From: Cirrosporium novae-zelandiae
Lineage: Eukaryota
Length of the DNA stretch: 64,000 nucleotides
NCBI GenBank assembly: GCA_026023565.1
Contig: JAPETS010000016.1
Location: forward strand, 434,001 to 498,000
Direction of reading: 5' to 3'
The translations under genes and the position numbers were made by a program. The notes beneath the pieces were generated by a model. It saw only the letters and a program-made list of their open reading frames with translations. It searched no databases and was not told the DNA's origin. Every line of letters starts with the position of its first letter. Position 1 is the stretch's first letter. This document shows, one piece after another, positions 1 to 14,180 of the stretch.

Positions 1-334
1 GAAAGTTGGAAAAGAGATCTTCCTGGGTTAAGGCTTGATTGAAGTTCTGGGTGTCGAGGAAAGAAGGGTCGGTTGATTGAGTGGAAGGGTACTGCTGCAC
101 TTGTGAAGAATGGATAAATCCAGGAGACACGCCTGGAGATTGTGAAGTAAACTGGGGAGAGTGGCCGGCGTTATTAAAGGGACCGGTAGTGAAGGTAGTC
201 TGAGTGATAGCGGATTCGAAGCCGGTATTAGAGCCAATGTTCTGATGGCACTGAACAGGAGAGGGTGAATGGCTCAAAGATCGACTTTTATTACTTTCGG
301 GAGCCGATCTACTTCGAGTTTGATGATCATCCAT
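1..334 (-). CDS. crz1: N-terminal part (runs off the window) of a probable calcineurin-responsive C2H2 transcription factor (Crz1/CrzA-like)
   Basis: ATG at 334 opens a frame that stays open to the window edge: MDDHQTRSRSAPESNKSRSLSHSPSP...TFTTGPFNN...DPSFLDTQNFNQALTQEDLFSNF. This resembles Pezizomycotina Crz1 N-termini. The zinc fingers are outside the window, so the name is tentative. Confidence 0.55.
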   Translation of the reverse strand, partial: MDDHQTRSRSAPESNKSRSLSHSPSPVQCHQNIGSNTGFESAITQTTFTTGPFNNAGHSPQFTSQSPGVSPGFIHSSQVQQYPSTQSTDPSFLDTQNFNQALTQEDLFSNF

Positions 335-2136
335 TATGCAGGTACTGATCTTTTCTTAGTCTCTGATCGAGTTGTGTATCTGGTCCTTGGGCGGCGAGTG
401 GAGGCAGTAAGGCGCCACGACCGTTACAGGGACGATATGTACAACTCAAATGCAGGGACGGAGGGTATGGTTGAACAGAGACGAGTAGATTGGAGATGAG
501 CCGCAAGTCTGGTTGTCCCTCGTACTGGTTCAGGACATTTCCTGATCCTATGTATTGTGGCGCAAGGATTAGCCGTTGACCGCAGCAGCCGTCTTGGATC
601 CAAATCCAAATTTGGCCATGGAACAGAAGCAACGAAGATAAAGAAAAATCATGTTAACGGTGAGCCGCACCTGAACTTATCTCTCACAGTACCAACGGAC
701 AAACGTGGCGATGTACCGAACAGGCGCCTGTATTTTGGGCGCTTGTTGTAATCTGACGTTCCAAGCGACGGCTGGCTCGATATTGTGATGTGAGCGGCTG
801 GGGAGATTTGGGACAGATGACGGATATAACACAATGCGGGAGACAGAACACTGGAGAATTTTTGAAGTTGTAGATTTCAGTCTTGAGATGGAATAAATTG
901 AATGTGTTGGGTGTGTTGGGTGTGTTGAATGTGTAGTTCAAGGATGGAGTGCGATGTTGTGTGTTAATGTGCGCCCAACGTATCGAGGATATGAGCAGAT
1001 AAAGGTCGGGACTATTTTCCCAGGTTGGAAAGGGACTCTCGAATACGGGGATGTGTGGACTCGGGGAGAAAAGAACAAGAGATTGGTTTTTTTGATAGTA
1101 TAGTAATATAGTATACTATTAATAATTCCTGCTGGTACTAAAGTAAAGATGAATTTGTCGTTGATGTTGTTGTCGGTTAGTTGGTTGGAAGGGTTAAGTT
1201 GGTTAAGTTGACGAGTCTGCCTTGAAGGGAAGATCAGACAATTCTTTGGGTTGGATAGTTAAGGTGAGGAATAAGGTACCAAATCCGGGCGCTAGGCGTC
1301 AGTACAAGGGTGAAGGGCACGAGGGTTAGGAACTTAAGGCTGCCCAACAGAGTAATGACGCAGTTGGTACAGAAGAGTAGAACCCATTTCAGCCTTCTAT
1401 CCTCACGTGTAATCTTCTACTCAGCCACCTTTCTACCTAGATAGGTTACTTGAGACTTGTTTGATACATCGGATACATCTGATACATCTGGGGAGTAGCT
1501 TAGCATCCAGGAATTAATTAATTAATTAGCATGAAGCTTGAATTCCACTTTCAAGATCCCCGTTTTAAATTGATGATTGAAATTTCTCAGGATCAAAAAA
1601 AAAGAAAAGAAAAGAGCCTCAATTGTCTACCAAGGATCTCCATTTCATGATTTTCTCTTTAAAGCTATAAGAACTCCCACTGAACCATATCATCACAACT
1701 TATATTTAGCTACTAGGTACTTTCGAAAGTACTGTACTGGAAATAACTGACTGTTCGCTTAATTGGTCCGAGGTTCTGCCAATCCCACAAGGCAGACAAA
1801 CATTTCTTTGCACAGCCACCCTCTTATCTTATCGTCCAACACTAAAATTCTATTTTTCCAACACAGGCCACACAAGTCAGTGACACGGTAATTAATAGCA
1901 AATACTACATGCAGGTGTTAGGATACCTTGAATTTCCTCAAAAAAGTTACGTACTAAGTATATCGTAGTTGAAACCAACTAACTATACATGTCCATTGAA
2001 GTTCAGCTCATTAAAGTTGGAGATACCTGTCTGATCTCGACTCAATTGATGTTCGACTGAGAAAGGGATATCTTAATCATCAAGTATACATTATCTAACC
2101 ATGGTGAAATGAAGCCATTTATCAATTCCCTTTCAT

Positions 2137-3753
2137 TCAAACCACTGCCTCGACCTGAGTAATACTTGCTCTGTGTACACCTTTCTCCACGTCTTCTTTG
2201 ACCTCTTGTACATGTTGGTCCAGTCTGGACCCTCCCCGATAGGTCTTCCATGGTGGAGGTGCATCCTTACCAAACAGAAATTCAATTTCTTCAAGAGTCT
2301 TTCCGCAAGTTTCTGGGAATCCAAAGTAGAAATGTGTCGCCGCACCCATACAAAGCACACCGAAGGTGATGTACGTCTTCCACTTGATATTCCTGAACGC
2401 TGGAGGAATGAAGAACCCGAGAGCAAAGTTAAAGATCCAGTTACCAAGGGCAGACCATGCCATACCCTTTGCCCGTGTTTCATTGGACCAGATCTCAGCT
2501 GCATATACCCAACACATCGGAGCCAAGGTGAGACCGTAGACAACCATCATGAGATATGAGAATGCAATGACAACACGTGAGGCAGCGCCATCGACCTTAA
2601 TGGTTACATTAGCGTTACCATCAACCCCTCCTGGAACAGCAATACCATAGGAACCAAGACAGCCGCCAATGACAAAATGGCAGATACCCATTCCAATAGC
2701 ACCGCAGACCAGCATAGGCCTTCGACCAAACTTATCAGCCAAGGGGAAAACAATGATAGTACAGATCACAAAGACAGCATCATTGACTCCCGAGGATACC
2801 AAGTTGATATTTCCGGTAAGACCAGCCATTTCGAAAACATAGGTGATATAATAGGTCATAACATTAGCGCCAGCCAACTGTTGCCATGCTTGAGCAGAAA
2901 ATCCGGTTAATGTCCGTTTCCACAAGCCGTTCTTGTAGAACAAACTGAAACCTTTGCCTCCACTGCGCTCAGCTGCAATAGTCGCAGTAATATCCTCCCA
3001 TTCAGCAATAACAAGAGGATCTGTTCGGTCGCCATGGGCTTGGATCTTAGAAAGGACATCGATTGCTTCTTCAAGTCGGTCTTTTGTCGCCAGCCATCGA
3101 GGCGACCGAGGCAAGAACGGCAACCCACAAATCAGGCCCACACAGGGTACCCATTGGAGAGCCCAAGCAGTTCTGAAGGACCATTCCCCAGCGATGAATG
3201 AACAACCATAACCGATGAAGTACATGATCAAGATACCCCATTCAATGGCCAGTTGTTGAATAACGATAATCGTTCCTCGCCGTTCTTTCTTGGCAATCTC
3301 GGCCAGCCAGACGGGAACTTGAGATGACGTAATACCGACGCAGATACCGTTGACTACACGTCCCACAATAAGTGAAGCGTACCCTTGATTTCCTACTTGA
3401 ATAGCTGTTCCGACCATCCAAAACCAGGCGGCAACCATGCTTGAATCTCTTCGACCCAATCTATCTGACAGCGGACCGGCGACGAGACATCCAACAATGG
3501 AGCCGCCAGCAAGGGCAGCACTGATACCTCCCTGGAGGGTACCAGCAGGATTGTTATAATAGTTGATGTATTGATCGGTTGGAATAATGGCAGACATAGA
3601 AGAGATATCGAAACCGAATCTGTTACATGGTCAGCCCATTGTCATTCACTAAGACGTGGATTTGTGGGAGAAAGCTTACAGCATACCACCGATTGTGGCG
3701 ATAGATGCCACAAAGTAGGTGTTGTAGGTCTTGGGAAAGCTAGGGAGCTTCAT
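2137..3753 (-). CDS. MFS sugar porter (high-affinity glucose transporter, HGT1-like)
   Basis: Exon 1 3753-3680 (MKLPSFPKTYNTYFVASIATIGGM), GTAAGC..CAG intron 3679-3620, then LFGFDISSMSAII. Sugar-porter motifs DRLGRR, PRSPRWL, QQLAGAN, DKFGRRP and PETCGKTLEEI, with multiple hydrophobic helices. Confidence 0.95.
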
Positions 3754-4979
3754 CTTGGCGATTTTCTTCTCAATTATCTCCAATGAAGACAAGGAGGTTT
3801 GAAAATTGGAAGAGTGGAGATATCAGAAAGACAGGGACTGAGCAGCTATATAGCTTCTGGCAAAAGTACCGACAAAGAGGTAAGTCCTATCTCTGATGAT
3901 CACGCTTCCCACAACGGACGACGCATCTGGAGAGCTCGTCATACAAGGAATCATTCTAGCTAACCAGGACCCTAGATGGTTCGAATTTGGTCGGCTATAA
4001 CGGTTCACCCAGCTTAAGTGGTTACTATACCTGCGATGATTGTACCAGGATGATTATTGACGTCTCGATGGACGGGAAAATAGCTAGATGGATGGATTTT
4101 AGCATCAATTCGGCAATAAGAAAGACGAAGGAGCATTCTGACTCGCGGGATTATTCAGGCCGAGAAGGTGGGGAATGCGGGTTAGATGCTGGAGCAGATA
4201 GTCTGGTGCTACAGTAGCAAAGTCACTTTTTCTGGGGTTCATGACTTTAGGGCTCAAGAGGGATTCAAATTGAATGTTAAACGAGGCTAACAAGGTAGAA
4301 TAATACTACCTTGAGGTGTCTAACAGAGTGTCTGAGGGAATTGCTGATAATTAGTTGGTGGGACTTAGAACAAGAAAGCGATTGAGATCCGGGTTACTGT
4401 GGTAGCAATTGGAGCAATATGAAGCTAAACTTTTCTAGGAATTTGAGAACATTTTAGCCGGTCTTTTCTCCGCTCCCCGACAAATGTGTCTGGGGAAAGG
4501 GGGGATGTCGTGGAGAAGTCCCCACTCGCTACACAATACTCGAGTACAATACGCACAATAATAAAAACAGTCAATTATTTTTGGGATGATGATCATGATA
4601 CTTTGGAAATAATTCATGTCTTTTTGTGGTTTCATGCCAATATAGACAGGAAGCATTTTAATACACAGGAGAAATAATTACCTAAGTAATCTAGACACCT
4701 AGGCGTTGGAATGACTTGCAGGGGTGTAGGGACAAGGCAAGACTAAGGCACCTACCTACCTAAGTCGGTAGTTTAGTGGACGAAGATCAATACCTAGTAA
4801 GCATCCCCAGCAAACCGTTGAAACAAGCCCTGCCACGCACGTTATGTAAGAGTACCATAATGTGCAAGAGATCCGAATTCCTCCGGTGGCTGATGACCGA
4901 ACTTTTGACCATTGATCCTTCGACCTCCTCAACAACCTCCATCATATTTTGAAACAATTTGGATTTTACCCGGTAACTT

Positions 4980-6180
4980 GACATGGACAATCTCTTGACC
5001 TCCTTGAACCCTACATGTCGTGAAAATATCTATCGGGTTGGCAAACACCGAAAGCTACTCAATATCGTAGCTTTCCACCATCCGTTTGCCTGTTATCTAA
5101 CTTTTGAATGCTATCTAGCAGGTATGCACCTACAAGTAGGGCCCTTGTCATTTTTGAGGTGAAAGAGCCATATCATTCGTGTGTAGGATGGCTCACAAGT
5201 TATTGTATATCCAAACTACTAAGTACCAGCGACTCTATTGTACTTATTCTACAATAGCCTTTGAGGATCCTCACAGGATCCTGTCCTATTCTGGACACTC
5301 GGGGACTGTTTGTCGCTTTTCCCCGGCTTCGCCCCAGTCTCCACCTTTCTCTGCCCAGTTGGAAAAATTTGGTTAATAAATATGTTTACAAGGTAAGATT
5401 GATCTAGATCACAAGTTCCACCTCTTTGGTGCTGGATAACCGTCTTATTGTCATGATATGGGGGCCCATCCAGATAGCTGGGTGTTTTAACCTTAACCCT
5501 GTGGAAATTTACATTGGGACTCGTTATGATATAATCAGACACACATGATAAATGAAACTCAACGTCGACGGCGAGAGCTCTATAACTCCTAGTTTCGTCC
5601 GGTACGATATGCACCATCTTACAAATAATATCTTACAAGCAATATCAAACTGGCCAGTCGAAGCTCAGCCCCCCTATTATCTACAAGTATAATATCTCAC
5701 AATATGCTAATAACGAAATGGGATATAGTAGATCAAAGCTACGGCAAGAATAGCTAATGCTGCAAACCCATTCATCCACAAGACTTCTCGCTATGCTTTC
5801 AGATGAAACTATATTTTCATTATTCAAGGCATTTCGAACCCAATGTTATTGGAAATCTAACAATTGTATCTGATCCGGGGATGAGGTTGACCCATGCATT
5901 ACCCCACGAGCTTGATACCTAAGCTTACATGACCTGCATGAATGAGCGCAGGCATCTCTTCCTACATTACAGTATGAAGTGAGACGGGCTAGGACAAAGC
6001 CCTCGATTAATGTAACTAACCTAAGATATTCGGCACCCCAGCCTTGCATAAATACTGCTATTGGCCTCCTCATCTTCTACCAGGTGCTGACTTTCATTGC
6101 ACTCGCATGACCCTCCGGAGTCCAATTACTTGGAAATACTGCCCAAATCAAGATAGTTTCCGGTGGGGAGGCTGATCCTT
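4980..6180 (+). pseudogene. Possible decayed fungal-specific (Zn2Cys6-type) transcription-factor gene
   Basis: Protein-like fragments in different frames, separated by stops and frameshifts: QDPVLFWT (5274), NETQRRRRELY (5551), FQMKLYFHYSRH..IGN..SDP..HELDT (about 5797-5919), HKYCYWPPH/FYQVLTFIALA (about 6047-6107). Recognised by eye only; boundaries approximate. Confidence 0.3.
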
Positions 6181-6752
6181 TTATTTATCATTGAAAATAA
6201 TTCTTTTGTCTTTGGTAATTTTGATCTTAAACACGGTTAAATAAGTCTCGAAATCTATAGTCAACCAATAAAGCAAAATAAATCAAGACTGGGTGCCCTT
6301 AAAGCTACAGCTCATCGCGACGATACAGAAGTCAGAACCAAGACCGGAAAAATAGGACGGAATATTCAAGGGCCTCGTCCACCGGAATAGAAATTAATTA
6401 TATCTTGGGTCTATTATTATACTTGAAAGTACGAGAACGAGGTATTATAGAACCCTTGCTCTCTTGTTTAGTCTGCCAGTCGACTTCATTAAAATTTCTA
6501 ACAAACAAATCAATGTAGCGAATGTGGGTTGGTCCACGGAAAAGAGAATGCTAGGTATATATTATGCCTTAGGCATCGTAACTCTGGAATTAGGCTAGTC
6601 TAATATTTACCCCAGTCGGCTTTACTATTATCCTTTGGCCTTGCATATACTTGGCAAGAACGCCAGCAAGCTTACATCTCCACGCTTTACTATGTACTTG
6701 TTTATATCAGATAGTTACTATTCACCTTGGTTATGGGTTGATATTATGCAGA

Positions 6753-9188
6753 ATGGATTGCCCTTCAGAAAATAACAGATTTGAATCCGACATGGAAAGG
6801 TCAAGTGGAAAGACTTTCAAGTCATGTCGAAGATGCAGGAAGCAGAAGATGCGTTGTGATGCTCGCCAACAAATACCTTGTTCGCGTTGCAAAGCCGCCG
6901 AGGCAACTTGTACGTTCGATAGAATCGAAGATAAAAAACGATATAATCGTGACGAAGACCAAGTAGAAAACAATAAGAGATCAAAGTAAGTCTTGGATCT
7001 AAATGCTGATTCCAAGTCTCTGAGCCGAGCTTACTTGGATTACTTACCTTATTACGGCTAGGTATTTACATCTCGAATTCGAGGTGCAGAAACTCAGAAG
7101 CGAAATTCACTATCTCAGAACAGAGCGTACCGGTCTTATTAACGGTAGACATGATCTCGAACACTCTCAAGATCACGGCCCGGCCAGGAAATCAGCTACC
7201 GTTGAGCAAGAGAACTTGCCACTTGCAGAAGGACAGGTAAATGAACTGCAGGATATAAACACGCTTGATACGAATGCCCCACTTACTGCTGTTCATATAA
7301 TGGCCAACACCTCTAAGCCACAGGTCCTCATGCACTCTAAGCGTGACCCGTTCTGCGTTGATGATGTTGTGTCTAGAGGGGTTCTCTGCGAAGAACGTGC
7401 TAGAGCTATCTTTGACATGTTCATGACAGGAAGTAGGAATTTCACGCCGCTTTTTGATCCTGTTTTAGACTCGTTTGACTCTCTCCGACTCCGCTCGACA
7501 TTTTGCTTTACAGTAGTGATTTGGCTTGCGGTACGTGCTAGTGTAGAATCTTGTAACGATACGCAATTGGTGCAGATCTGCCAGGATGAAGTCAAGAAGC
7601 TTACATACGAGACCCTATTCAAAAACCCGCCAAATTTGGAGACCATTCAAGGGATGATATTACTAGCCGCATACTCAGAGAAGAGCTTCTTTGCTCTAGG
7701 ACACGCTCTCCAAATGGCCAAAGAACTTGGCATAAGTAAAACTCTTGCCACTCTTCACCATAAGCCATCTAGACAGCATGATTCAACGACAAAGCCAAAC
7801 TGTGATCAAATTCTTATTCAGCAAGCAAGGACTTATCTCAGTCTTCATGGTATTGAACAAGAACATGCATATGGAGGAGCCCGCCGACCAAGAGTTGAAG
7901 AGATTGATGATGCCCAATTACAAGCATTTCTAAACCATCCTCTTTCCTTACCTTTTGACATACGAAAGGTCGCTACTGTTGAACTCAACCAGCTACGAGG
8001 TGAGTTGAAAATTTCATCCGGGGATCCAGGCTAATATAACGTAGAAAACATTCATAAGAGTATCGAGAGCCAAAATGATTCTCGCTATCTGGTAATGACC
8101 ATGTGTCCGGAAATGATGGCAAAACTAGAGCGTTGGTGGACTACTTGGGATAAAATCCATGCAGGTATATCAAAAACGGCATCCTCTTATTATACCAAGG
8201 ATAACGAAGATCCCTTAATCAATATTTACAATTGCTGATGTAGCTTCTAATCTCGCTTGATATTCGCAGATCAAGGCTTCCATACGGTCTCGTTTCAACG
8301 AATAAGCATGAAAATACAATCCAATAATTCGAAGATATTTATGCTTTGTCTTATTCTAGGGAAATTGCAAAAGAGTACCCCGACCAGTTTAGAGACAAGC
8401 GAACCGTCTTCCGTATCAGAGTTGCTACATAATGTTCTCAAAAGCGTCATGTCTATGATTATGGACCATCTTGAATTTATTCTCGACAGTGGGTCGTATC
8501 GGTGGCAGCTAAAATGGGCTCCAAGTTATTCCGCATTAACAATGGCATTTTCAGGCAGGTCTAATTCTTGGGTTGATGCCATTCTAAATGCTAACCTTTG
8601 ATAGCTGCCTTTGCTTTGAAAATTGCACGTTTACAGCCAGAGTTGATAGATCAATCTGCCTTGCTCGAAAGAGAACGTCAAATTGCTGATTTAATGAAAG
8701 AGCTACCCTATCCCAATTTCTATCGTTTAATAGACCTACTAATTACGTTACCCCATGTTGCACGGTTCCGCGACCGCATTGTCACCGGCGGGATTTGGCA
8801 TGGGACGCAGGAACAAAGCCTGGATCGTTTCAAGGCCATATGGTGCGACCAACAAAAGCATGACCATGTTACCGGTGCATATCCATCGGAACTAGCAGTA
8901 CAGACACCACAACAAACTTTCAATCAGAGCTCGAGCGGTTCGCAAGTCGAAGGCAGTGGGCTAGCACATAATGACAATGACGAACTTCTTCACAATCTGC
9001 TTTCTGGGCCACAGCAAATTACTCCAACCCTCAATCCGCAGACGACGACAATCCAAGCTCCCAGCTGGATGCTTACAAATTCCTCTATTGAGTCCTATGG
9101 ACTTCCCGAAGAAGGTCTAGCTAGCTTTTTTGATTTTGACTTACCATTGCTTATGGATCCAAATGTACAAAATAACAATTTGGGTTAA
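6753..9188 (+). CDS. Zn(II)2Cys6 transcription factor
   Basis: Binuclear cluster CRRCRKQKMRC-x6-CSRC-x6-C. Introns at 6986-7061, 8000-8044, 8165-8269 and 8555-8604 (GC-AG). Fungal TF middle region (FTPLFDPVLDSFDSLRLRS, ETIQGMILLAAYSE) and an acidic C-terminal tail. Confidence 0.92.
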
Positions 9189-10245
9189 AGTGGTGCTCTT
9201 GTTTGCAGCTCACAACTAATCGGGCTCTTTTTTATCTATTATCCAGTAAGAAAAGTGCACTAGATTGAAATAGTTATTCATATGAGCTATTTTTTTTACC
9301 CAACGGATTTATACAATAAAGGATCCTGACTATATAACATTCGGTCTACAATCTCTAGTCAGCACAAGGTTAGGAGAGATTATCAGCGTCATATCGTCAA
9401 TCCCCAATACAGGTTGTACAGTACCGATATATGAAGGTCAGGATACCTGCAAAGGTAATGGAATAATTTCTTGTACTTGCTATGGTGCATCACTCCCGCA
9501 ACTAAATCTATGATTGATATCTCTGCATTACCTCATCCCTGAACTACGATCTCAATTTTTTACCGGTATATGAGATCTGCCCACTTAAGGCCGTAGATTC
9601 GTAGATTGATATCGATATCCTCTGCCGGTGCGGGCTTCGCTTGCGATACTTGCGACATTTAGGTCATATTGAGAATCCGAAAGTGAGGCGGGGGTACCAG
9701 GATAGGGTAGGAGGCGAGGAGACTCGGGCAGCTGTTTCTCATGACTAGTCGGGGCCTAGATTGGAAATTTGACGACAAAGCACTAGGCCTTGAAAAGAGT
9801 TTCAGCAGACCTTGAAGAGATGAAGATACGGATTTTAGTGTAACTTGAAGAGATAAAAGGAAGAAAAAATCTTGGTAAATTTTTGTTCATTTCGTTGTAT
9901 TGTGCACAAGCATCAACACAGGAATCATCCCTCGAGATTCACTCAATCTTTAGCAACCCTCAATCTGTCCATCCACCACTTATCCCGAGAGGGAAGTAAA
10001 ACAAAACGCCCCTGTTCAAACCCTTAGTTCTCCTTAAAAAAAACCACAACAGATAAGCTGAAGGCCAGTAACAAAATCCATTTCAGAAATGACACCGATG
10101 GACACCGGTAGCGACAGTTCAGCATATCATTAATGTCATATCATCACAGCAAAAGGCCACTCCCAGCATAAACATAAGATAAGAAATCAGTAGACATAAT
10201 AGGTCTGATGTCGTCAACAAGTAGGTTCATGCCAACTGAGGCTGA

Positions 10246-10837
10246 CTATGATTGCCATTGAATTGGTACGCCTTCACGTTGTGGTGGGGGACTGATACTT
10301 TCTTCGAGTTTTTCATTCTGTTGGTTTTCCTTGTTATCCTTTGCATTCTGTCCATTTTGTTCATCCTGATCATCAATACTTTCTCCTCTGTGCAAGAAAC
10401 TGCTTTCCTTCACGGGGCTTGCACTCTTTCCTCCAGTCACCTGTCCAGAAGGAATACCACCGTGGACACCATTGACGCCACCGGGCAAAGCCATTCCAGG
10501 ATGTCCATTCCCAGGACCAGCACTTCCGGCGCTAGAACTCAAATGGGGAATATTTTCAGGAAGTGGATGCTGTGAGCCGATTTGAGTCACACCAACGTCT
10601 GAAGCTTTGCCTGCCTTAGAGAGTGCATAGTCACCAGAATCGAAATATTTACGTTCTTTGAGCTTATTTTGGAGGAGATCTTTCTTGTTAGGGAGTTTGC
10701 CATAAAGGCGGAAGAGACGCTGCTCATCTGAGGTGAGTTTCTGAGGTTAATGTTAGCTAAGGCTGATTGATCGGAGATATTTATATAAGAGTGTAACGTA
10801 CAGAAATATCGACCTTGTTTCTCTGGTGAGGATTCAT
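10246..10837 (-). CDS. IGO1: Endosulfine / cAMP-regulated phosphoprotein (Igo1/Igo2)
   Basis: Exon 1 MNPHQRNKVDIS, intron 10801-10741, then ...LYGKLPNKKDLLQNKLKERKYFDSGDYALSKAG. FDSGDY is the Greatwall/Rim15 site that defines endosulfines. Confidence 0.95.
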
Positions 10838-12595
10838 GATTGTTTGTTTCTTTGATTGAGAAGTTGTAGGATAGTGGATAATCAGAGATTTGGGTGTGCT
10901 GGCACTTAAGAAGAGTTCGTGAGGGATTGGCGTGGTTTCCGGCTGGTGTCCTAGTGAATTGAACTTATAGTCGTTGGCAGAAAATCCTGATTGGTAGGTC
11001 TGATATCATACCCCTGCACGGATAGAAAGTCGTCAGAATGTTTGCTGCTCAAGGGAGGCAACTTCGAAGGAGAGGTGTTTTGGAAGATGCTTTGGGCTCA
11101 AATCTAGAAAGCTATCAGGTTCCTGCAGAAAGAAATGACGGACAAGGTGAGTCAATTACCTTTTTAGAAAAAAAGGTTTGGATCAACCTGGTCGAATGGT
11201 AGGGTTGTTGGTGGGGCTTTTCGATACCTGACGATGACGCCAGTCCTGATAGGTTATACAAATGTCCCTGGTCGAATGAATATAGCGAGGGTTACAGGTC
11301 AATGGTAAAAATTGAAGTTAGAGTGAGAATCTGAGACGTCTGAGGATAGGGAGAGTGAAAGTGAACAGGACAAGAAGTTATGATAAGTTGAATGAGGGGT
11401 CCAAAGAAAGTCTGGCTGTTCGTTGGTTGGAAAGCTGCAAAAGAAAGTTGATAAATCCACTAACTTGTTTTATAATATCTATTCTAAAAAAGGAATGGTT
11501 GGTAATATTTGAATACAACCAAATGACCATAATAACCTAAAGATTTCATGTGGTCTCACCAAAGGAGTTTACTTTTTGTCCTCAAATACAGGTTTTGTGT
11601 TATTGTGCCGTATTGGTGGACTTGTCAACCTTGGATACAAAATGACCGGAAGGCATGTTGATCCGTCGTTAGGCCATAGTTTTAGTGCCCTTGGTAAGGC
11701 CCAACTTCAGGCTTAGCCAATGAACGAAACACAATGTCTTCCTGGTGCCTCCAAAGACTAACAACCGGGGCCCCATGCCCAAAATTCTGGTACTTAGTAG
11801 ACCTACCAAACCATCACTGGGGAATAATTATCAGATTCCTTTTTCTCCCACAATCATTTCCAAATCCCAATTCATCGCTTTCTAACCCTATCTTTGCCTC
11901 TTCCGATTCAAGCTACACAACTGGCAGATGCTTATCACATTTTCAAATCTCATAAAGCTTGAATATTAGAATCATCACAAGACTTTACATCTCCCCACTC
12001 CTTATCCTGTGATCCTGTGACTAGGCACTAGATTTATCTATCACATGAATGACTAATTGACCAGGACCTGAGAACGACTGGTTTCCTGTTACAGCCATTC
12101 GGATTGAACCCTGGATAGGTGTCGTGTTCCTGGTCGTGGACTCACCAAAACCCACTGCTAAAAGTATTGGTACCGGAGTCCTGTTTAAACATCCAAAGCC
12201 AAGACCGTCACCGTAGGGCTTCCTGGGTTTTCTGGCCTTCTAGCTTTCTTGGATTCCCTGCCTCAGGCTTGCACGCTTCTACCTTTTTATAGGCCTTTTC
12301 CGATCTTAAAACTCTCTCATTGAACAAATTCTCCTTAGCCATCATTGGCGTCGTCATAACCATCCCAGGGGTATTGAAAGTCATCGGCATATCAATAAAC
12401 AAAGATAAGTACGTGGAAATGCATGTGAATTCATCAGTCAATCATCTTCACGTGTCTCTCCTGACCGTCAGCAGACAGCTTTTCTAAATTGTTATTTCTT
12501 GAGCCTAGAGAACTTCTATATTGAACCTCTGCTCTCAATTCACTGCTCTATTAGCAATACTCATATCTGGATATTTATTCAATCAACCGGCATTC

Positions 12596-13450
12596 ATGGG
12601 TGGATACGCTAGTCATCCAAAAAAGACCATTGTCATTGAACATCTCGACCCCGAACTTGGTCCTTGGTCAGCCAAAGAATATGAAAATATAACCAAGGAA
12701 AGTTCCAACGATGGGTGGAATTTCATCCTCTCTTTATCACCACAAGAAATTGAAATGCCACCAACCTTGAAGGAGAGCCCCTCCTGCAAATTCGAGCATC
12801 ATAGCGTCGAGTCATTATTTGCAGATAAGAAAGACAGCGTCTGTCTTCTGGATCCTGCAGCTGAAAATGAACTATGTCCTAACGATGCTGATCAATTCAA
12901 TATCTTCTTGTTTGGTGGAATTCTCGGTAGGTTTTTGTTCGACCTCTCCTGAATATGGAGCTGATTATGGATAGGCGACGACCCTCCAAGAGGTAATTAT
13001 GTGATTAAGTAAAAAACACCTGAAACTAATCGATGGTAGACCGCACATCTGAGCTTCGGAAAAAGGGGTTTGTAGGAAGACGACTGGGACCACAACAGAT
13101 GACCACAGACACTGCAGCTAGAGTGACTAGATTGGTCATTCACAATAAAAGTATGCAAGGAGTCCATTTCAATAAATCGTAATACGTTTGAAAGATAAAT
13201 ATTGACGGTACTTTTAGTCCCTTTAGAAAAGATCCAATACATCGATTCCCCAGAGTTTAGGATTGATGCACACGAGAGCGTCAAGATGCCGTTCCGGTAT
13301 GTTAAAGGGGACAATGGGCAACCAATTATGCCTCAGGTAGGAGATGAAATTTAATCCAGCTTTGAGTTAAGAGTCATGGCTAACACATCAAAGGGTATGC
13401 TCGAATTAATCAAGGAAGATTCAAATAAGGGATTCGAGGAGCTCTTTTAA
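12596..13450 (+). CDS. SFM1: SPOUT-family protein arginine methyltransferase (DUF431)
   Basis: VIEHLDPELGPWSAKEY, VCLLDPAA, FLFGGILGDDPPRDRTSELRK, RRLGPQQMTTDTAARV, MPFRYV. Four introns, including an 18-nt microexon. Confidence 0.9.
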
Positions 13451-14180
13451 ATGACCGAGATATTCACTTTTGGATAATCTGTTATTAGATGTGCTAGGGA
13501 TTGGCTAAGGATTGGGTAGATGTAGGCCTTCGGATACTTTGGCTAGTAAGATGGAAAGGAGATTCAGGCACAAGTAGTTACAAAGTTAAAACCTTGGGGT
13601 GCAAGTTTATGAGAACCATGCGACAATGGCAAAAGACATGAGCAAAGCACTCATCTCAACGCAAGTGACTCAAATCACTTAAATGAAGCAACAAAAAGCA
13701 AAAAGACTGGACTGAGAGAGTGGATATATAAATGACACATGTAAATAAATCCACAGTGAACATGTGCTTTCGAGTAATATTCCAGTTGCCTGTTTGTCTG
13801 TCAGGTTTGTGCACGGACCATGATCCTCTAAAAAAAGGGTCGGCTATCCGGAATAGGATTACAATAAACCCTCGCGGTCATCAGTTTCTCGGTGTTCCAT
13901 GGGCCACGAATTCTAATTAGCCTGCCACACAGCACGTCTATTTACTATACATCTCAACCATTAACAAAGCATTTCATTCTTCAACTTTTCTGGAGCTTGA
14001 GGCTCATTTATTGTGTAACTTGAATACAGCCATGCCGCGGTAACCAAATCCTAAGTTGACGACATTGTGACACCCTCGCGACCGTTTCAGGCAGATGAAC
14101 AACCTGTCTAGAGACTGGACCTTCTTTTATTCTACAAGGCACTCAGGAGCCCATTCCAACATTTGCATTCGATAACTATA

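Noticed and set aside
569..619. Apparent uORF MAKFGFGSKTAAAVNG upstream of the Crz1-like gene
   Set aside because: Probably lies inside a 5'UTR intron: donor near 670, branch point GCTAAT overlapping its stop, acceptor near 548.
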